Assembly: GCA_951406725.2 (NCBI GenBank)
Contig: OX597814.1
Span: forward strand, 17,546,001-17,610,000
Direction of reading: 5' to 3'
Length of the DNA: 64,000 nucleotides
DNA from: Octopus vulgaris
Lineage: Eukaryota
Shown here: positions 59,978 to 64,000 of the stretch, one piece after another
Position numbering within the stretch: the first letter of the stretch is position 1
Layout: every line of letters begins with the position of its first letter
The notes under the pieces: generated by a model
Told to the model about the DNA's origin: nothing
The model's input: the letters and a program-made list of their open reading frames with translations, nothing else
Database searches by the model: none
Program-made: the position numbers and the translations under genes

Positions 59978-60370
59978 AATGTAGCCCCTATTTCAATTGA
60001 TAAATAGTGCAGGGCAAATGAATAATATAGGCCCCATTTTAAATGGTAACAAGCCCAAGATAGACTTGAAACATAGGCCCCCATCCCAAACAGCAATAAT
60101 CCCAGGCTACTTGGGAAAATTAATCCACATGTCATTTAGAACGAAGCTTAGTCCAGATGTTAAATATATTTCGTGTTTTAGTCAGTAATAAAATCAGACT
60201 AGATGCGATACGAAGTTTTCCATTTGAAATGGCAAGAAATCCAGACCAGATGTGAAATATAGGCCACATTTCAACTGGTAATATGCCTGGGCCGGATGTA
60301 AAATGTAAACTTATTCAAATGGATAATAGGGCCAGGTCACGTATGAAATGTAAGCTTCATTTCAAACTAC
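59978..60370. repeat. Diverged tandem repeat, unit about 46 bp, about 9 units
   Basis: Unit starts AA(T/C)(A/G)TA(G/A)(G/C).. at 59978, 60024, 60070, 60256, 60302 and 60347. Confidence 0.7.
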
Positions 60371-60410
60371 GCATTAAGTATTTTACTAATCATAATAGTT
60401 ACGTGTCAGA

Positions 60411-60438
<28 letters not shown>

Positions 60439-60441
<3 letters not shown>

Positions 60442-60529
60442 TTTTTTTTTTTTTTTAAACCTTCAAAGAAAAGCTCTACCTTGTAATTTGTTCTATCTGT
60501 GTGCAGCCCTGTGTGGCTAATAAAGAAAC
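60439..60529 (+). mobile_element. Tx1/L1-like LINE extreme 3' end inside (TATC)n
   Basis: AAAGCTCTACCTTGTAATTTG...AGCCCTGTGTGGCTAATAAAGAAAC, flanked by TATC. Confidence 0.8.
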
Positions 60530-60548
60530 ATATCTATCTATCTATCTA

Positions 60549-60627
<79 letters not shown>

Positions 60628-61000
60628 TGTGTGTGTCTGTGTGACGGCACCAAAGGAAAGTAATATTATCGTTAAAGGCGCGAAATTGCCGCGATCGTTT
60701 GGACGATAACTGAAAAGGTTTTTTTTTTTTGTGAATTCTCCCCATATGTTGTAGCACTCTGGTCGCTCTTGAGTGCTACTGTTAACATGTAATCCAGTAC
60801 AACCTGTTGCATGGTCGTGTCCTCGGCAATTAAATTGGCAACACCACCAAGCTTGCTTGGTTAGGGGGATGATTGTTGGACATCCTGCGAGATGAAAAGT
60901 AAGACCCGTCAATGGGCGGAGGAACTCATAAGCAGTCAACGGCCATCCAACAAATAAGAGTAATTATTTATAAATCATTTTATCTTTATATATTCAGTGA

Positions 61001-61040
<40 letters not shown>

Positions 61041-61127
61041 TTCTTTATAAATACATTATTTATATTTAAATCTTATTTTATTTATTTTCTTAAATTACAT
61101 ATCTTTTACTTATATATATATACATAC

Positions 61128-61230
<103 letters not shown>

Positions 61231-61654
61231 GTGTGTGTAGATATAGATATAGATATAGATATTGATACTTTTTTTGTATTTAAATTTTATTTATATTTTT
61301 AAATTACATATCTTTTATTTTTTTTTTGTTTTTTTGTAATGTATGAATGAGCTACTCCTTGTTGGACACAGTATAGTTTTATAATCACTTCATAGAGCGT
61401 TTGGTTGTCGTTTTGGTGTCGTTTGGCATGGGATAGCTTGCCTCATGGAGAAGGAAATCTCAAAAAAAAAAATAAATAAAATAAAATCTGAGGCCTTGGA
61501 AGTTCACGGTTTTGTCAATTTTCATGTGTCACACCGGCTAAAGTCTTTTTGGCCAATGAGTGGGAGTAGCGCAGTGCAAGCAAGCTACACTCATTAAGAA
61601 TTATTCATCAGCACTGAATCTTAATAAATTCATTGAATTTCTCTCTTTCTCTCT

Positions 61655-61878
61655 TTTCTCTCTTTTTTACTTGTTTCAGTCATTTGACTGCGGCCATGCT
61701 GGAGCACCGCCTTTTAGTCGAGGCAAATCGACCCCGGGACTTATTCTTTTTGTAAGCCCAGTACTTATTCTATCGGTCTCTTTTGCCGAACCGCTAAGTG
61801 ACGGGGACGTGAACACGCCAGCATCGGCTGTCAAGCAATGCTAAGGGGACAAACACAGACATACAAACACACACACAT

Positions 61879-61953
<75 letters not shown>

Positions 61954-62119
61954 TACGACAGACTTCTTTCAGTTTCCGTCTACCAAATCCACTCACAAGG
62001 CATTGGTCGGCCCGGGGCTATAGCAGAAGACACTTGCCCAAGATGCCACGCAGTGGACTGAACCCGGAACCATGTGGTTGGTAAGCAAGCTACTTACCAC
62101 ACAGCCACTCCTGCGCCTA
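61655..62119 (-). mobile_element. SINE family B, full length
   Basis: Family sequence. Confidence 0.92.
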
Positions 62120-62299
62120 TTGATGACAGAAATCTAAAAATGCACTTGTAAATTACTCTAAAATGTTTCAAACATTCAGTAAATGGCAAAAAAGGCTTAG
62201 GAGTTTCAGGGGAATAGGTCTGGCTCGGTAGTATGTGTCCCAGTGTGCCAGAGGCTGGGCCCAGTCATCATCTTGCCACTATTGTCAAGCCATCTTAAA

Positions 62300-64000
62300 G
62301 AAGAAGTAAAAATAAACATCGTCTGAATTTTGGATGCTGGAATGTGCGCACGCTTCTTTAATGATAATTTCAACAAAAGCCCGAGCTTTGAAACTATTCC
62401 ATTGATGTAGTTACCCTCTCTGAAACTCATCTCTCTGGTGAAGGTCAAATAAATGAACCTACGTATGGATACACTATCTTCTGGAGCGGCCTATCTGAGA
62501 ATCTGGCGTTGGGTTTGCTCTCAAGAATTCATTAGTATCCTCCATTGCAGAACCATGTCATGCCGTTTAAAACTGACTAGAGGTGGGTTTCTTACCTTTG
62601 TCCCTAATTATGCACCAACAATGTCTCATTCTGATGAAACTGCAGGACAGTTTTACGACGATTTAGCAATTATTGTGGAAAGTACCGATTTCTGACAAGC
62701 TGGTCATATTGGGAGATTTCAACGCAAAAGCTGGAAATGTCTACATTTCATGGCCTGTGTCAGGCCGACATGGAATTGGAAAATGTTAAAAAAAAAAAGA
62801 ATGGAGTAACTCTTTTGACGTTTTGTACTGAGAATTATCTGGTTGTTACCAACACTCTGTTTAAGCAAAAAAATAAATATATAAAACCACCTGGATGCAC
62901 CCAAGAGCATCTCATAGATTATATTTTGATTAGAAAGTGTAATATGAAAGATGTTTCTAGTGTTCAGGCCATGGAAGAAGCAGAGAGCTGGACTCACCAT
63001 CGTCAAGCGTCTGGGAAAATAAATTTTTCGATAATACCTAAAAGTTGACCCTCTGATCCCAAGGTACCCAAAAAGTTAAATGTTACAAACTTCAAATTAC
63101 CAAGGAGCTTGCAAAGATTCCACGATGCAATAGAAAGTATCAATCTTGACCCAAACAATCTATAGGAAAATTTCAAAACAAAAGTATTTCAGGCTGCAAC
63201 TTCGTCAGTGGGATTTAAATCACATAAGTCCAGTGACTGGTTCTGAGATAGATCAGCAGAAATTCATGATCTACTTTTATAAAAACAAAACTTAGGCAAT
63301 ACACTTATTTCTCAGTCCTTGAACCCCAACTCTAACGAAGCTTACAGAAAGATGAAAGGGAAAGTGCAGACTGTTCTAAGGAAAACTAAACAGGAATGGT
63401 GGAATGATAGAGCAAAAGGGGCACAAGCAGCTGATAGAAATGACGCCAAATATTTGTATTCTTATGTTAAGGAGGTATATGGCCCAAAATCTTAAATAGC
63501 TCCAGTGAAAACGGCAAATGGACATTTGCTTCTAACTGACACCGCTTCTCTTTCTAAGTGCTAGGTAGAAAATTTTTCTGCACTTTCGAGTAGACCATCA
63601 TCCGCCGACATGAGGATCGTAGAAAATAATCGAACACCTTTCAGTTATAGAGGAGATGGCGTTTAAACATTTAAAATGACATCTATTTAGCTGTGAATAA
63701 GCTGAATAACAATAAATCTCCAGGGTCTAATGGAATCTGTCCAGAGGTTTTGATGTGGGCGGGTGAGTTACAAATGAACTCTTAAATATATTCATTTGTC
63801 ACTGTTGGAGAACTGAGAAAGTGCCCCAAGACTGGATTGATGCCATCTCCTTGTATAAATCGGGGCCAAAGGATCTGTGTGGTTATTTTCATAGGATTTC
63901 GTTTTTTTCCTGTAGTTAGAAAAGTACTTGTCCGCATTCTGGTAGAACGTTCAAAAACTTTCATAGTTTCAAATATGGTGTCCGAGTCTCAATATCGTTT
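62300..64000 (+). pseudogene. RTE-clade LINE (AP endonuclease and start of RT), heavily decayed, runs off the window
   Basis: LNFGCWNVRTLL, YAPT..FYDDL, LVILGDFNAK, NGVTLLTFC..LVVTNTLFKQK, HLIDYILIRK, KSPGSNGICPE, VPQDWIDA and VSESQY; many stops and frameshifts. Confidence 0.88.

Overview
AT-rich eukaryotic DNA saturated with repeats. The microsatellite load and SINE families resemble an octopus (coleoid cephalopod) intergenic or large-intron region; the species is an inference. No intact host protein-coding gene is recognisable, and almost all listed ORFs are translations of microsatellites or SINEs. The window holds: a (TAA)n array (about 1.95-7.48 kb) carrying several 5'-truncated R4/Dong-type RLE retrotransposons; five fragments of a Tx1/L1-type LINE, each at a (GATA)n tract; decayed CRE, RTE and CR1-type LINE remnants; at least four tRNA-derived SINE families (labelled A-E here); mariner relics and MITEs; HINE/Helentron-like elements; Penelope-like fragments with minimal hammerhead motifs; and two tandem initiator tRNA-Met pseudogenes fused to SINEs. 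The most notable observations are (1) a SINE copy with nine clustered A>G changes in ADAR sequence context, apparently an RNA hyper-editing event fixed in the genome, inside a tRNA-iMet/SINE tandem duplication; (2) a GATA-microsatellite-associated Tx1-like LINE sharing its 3' tail with SINE family A; (3) SINE A multimers always joined at the same internal GGTATTTCG site, together with a GGT/GAT target preference.
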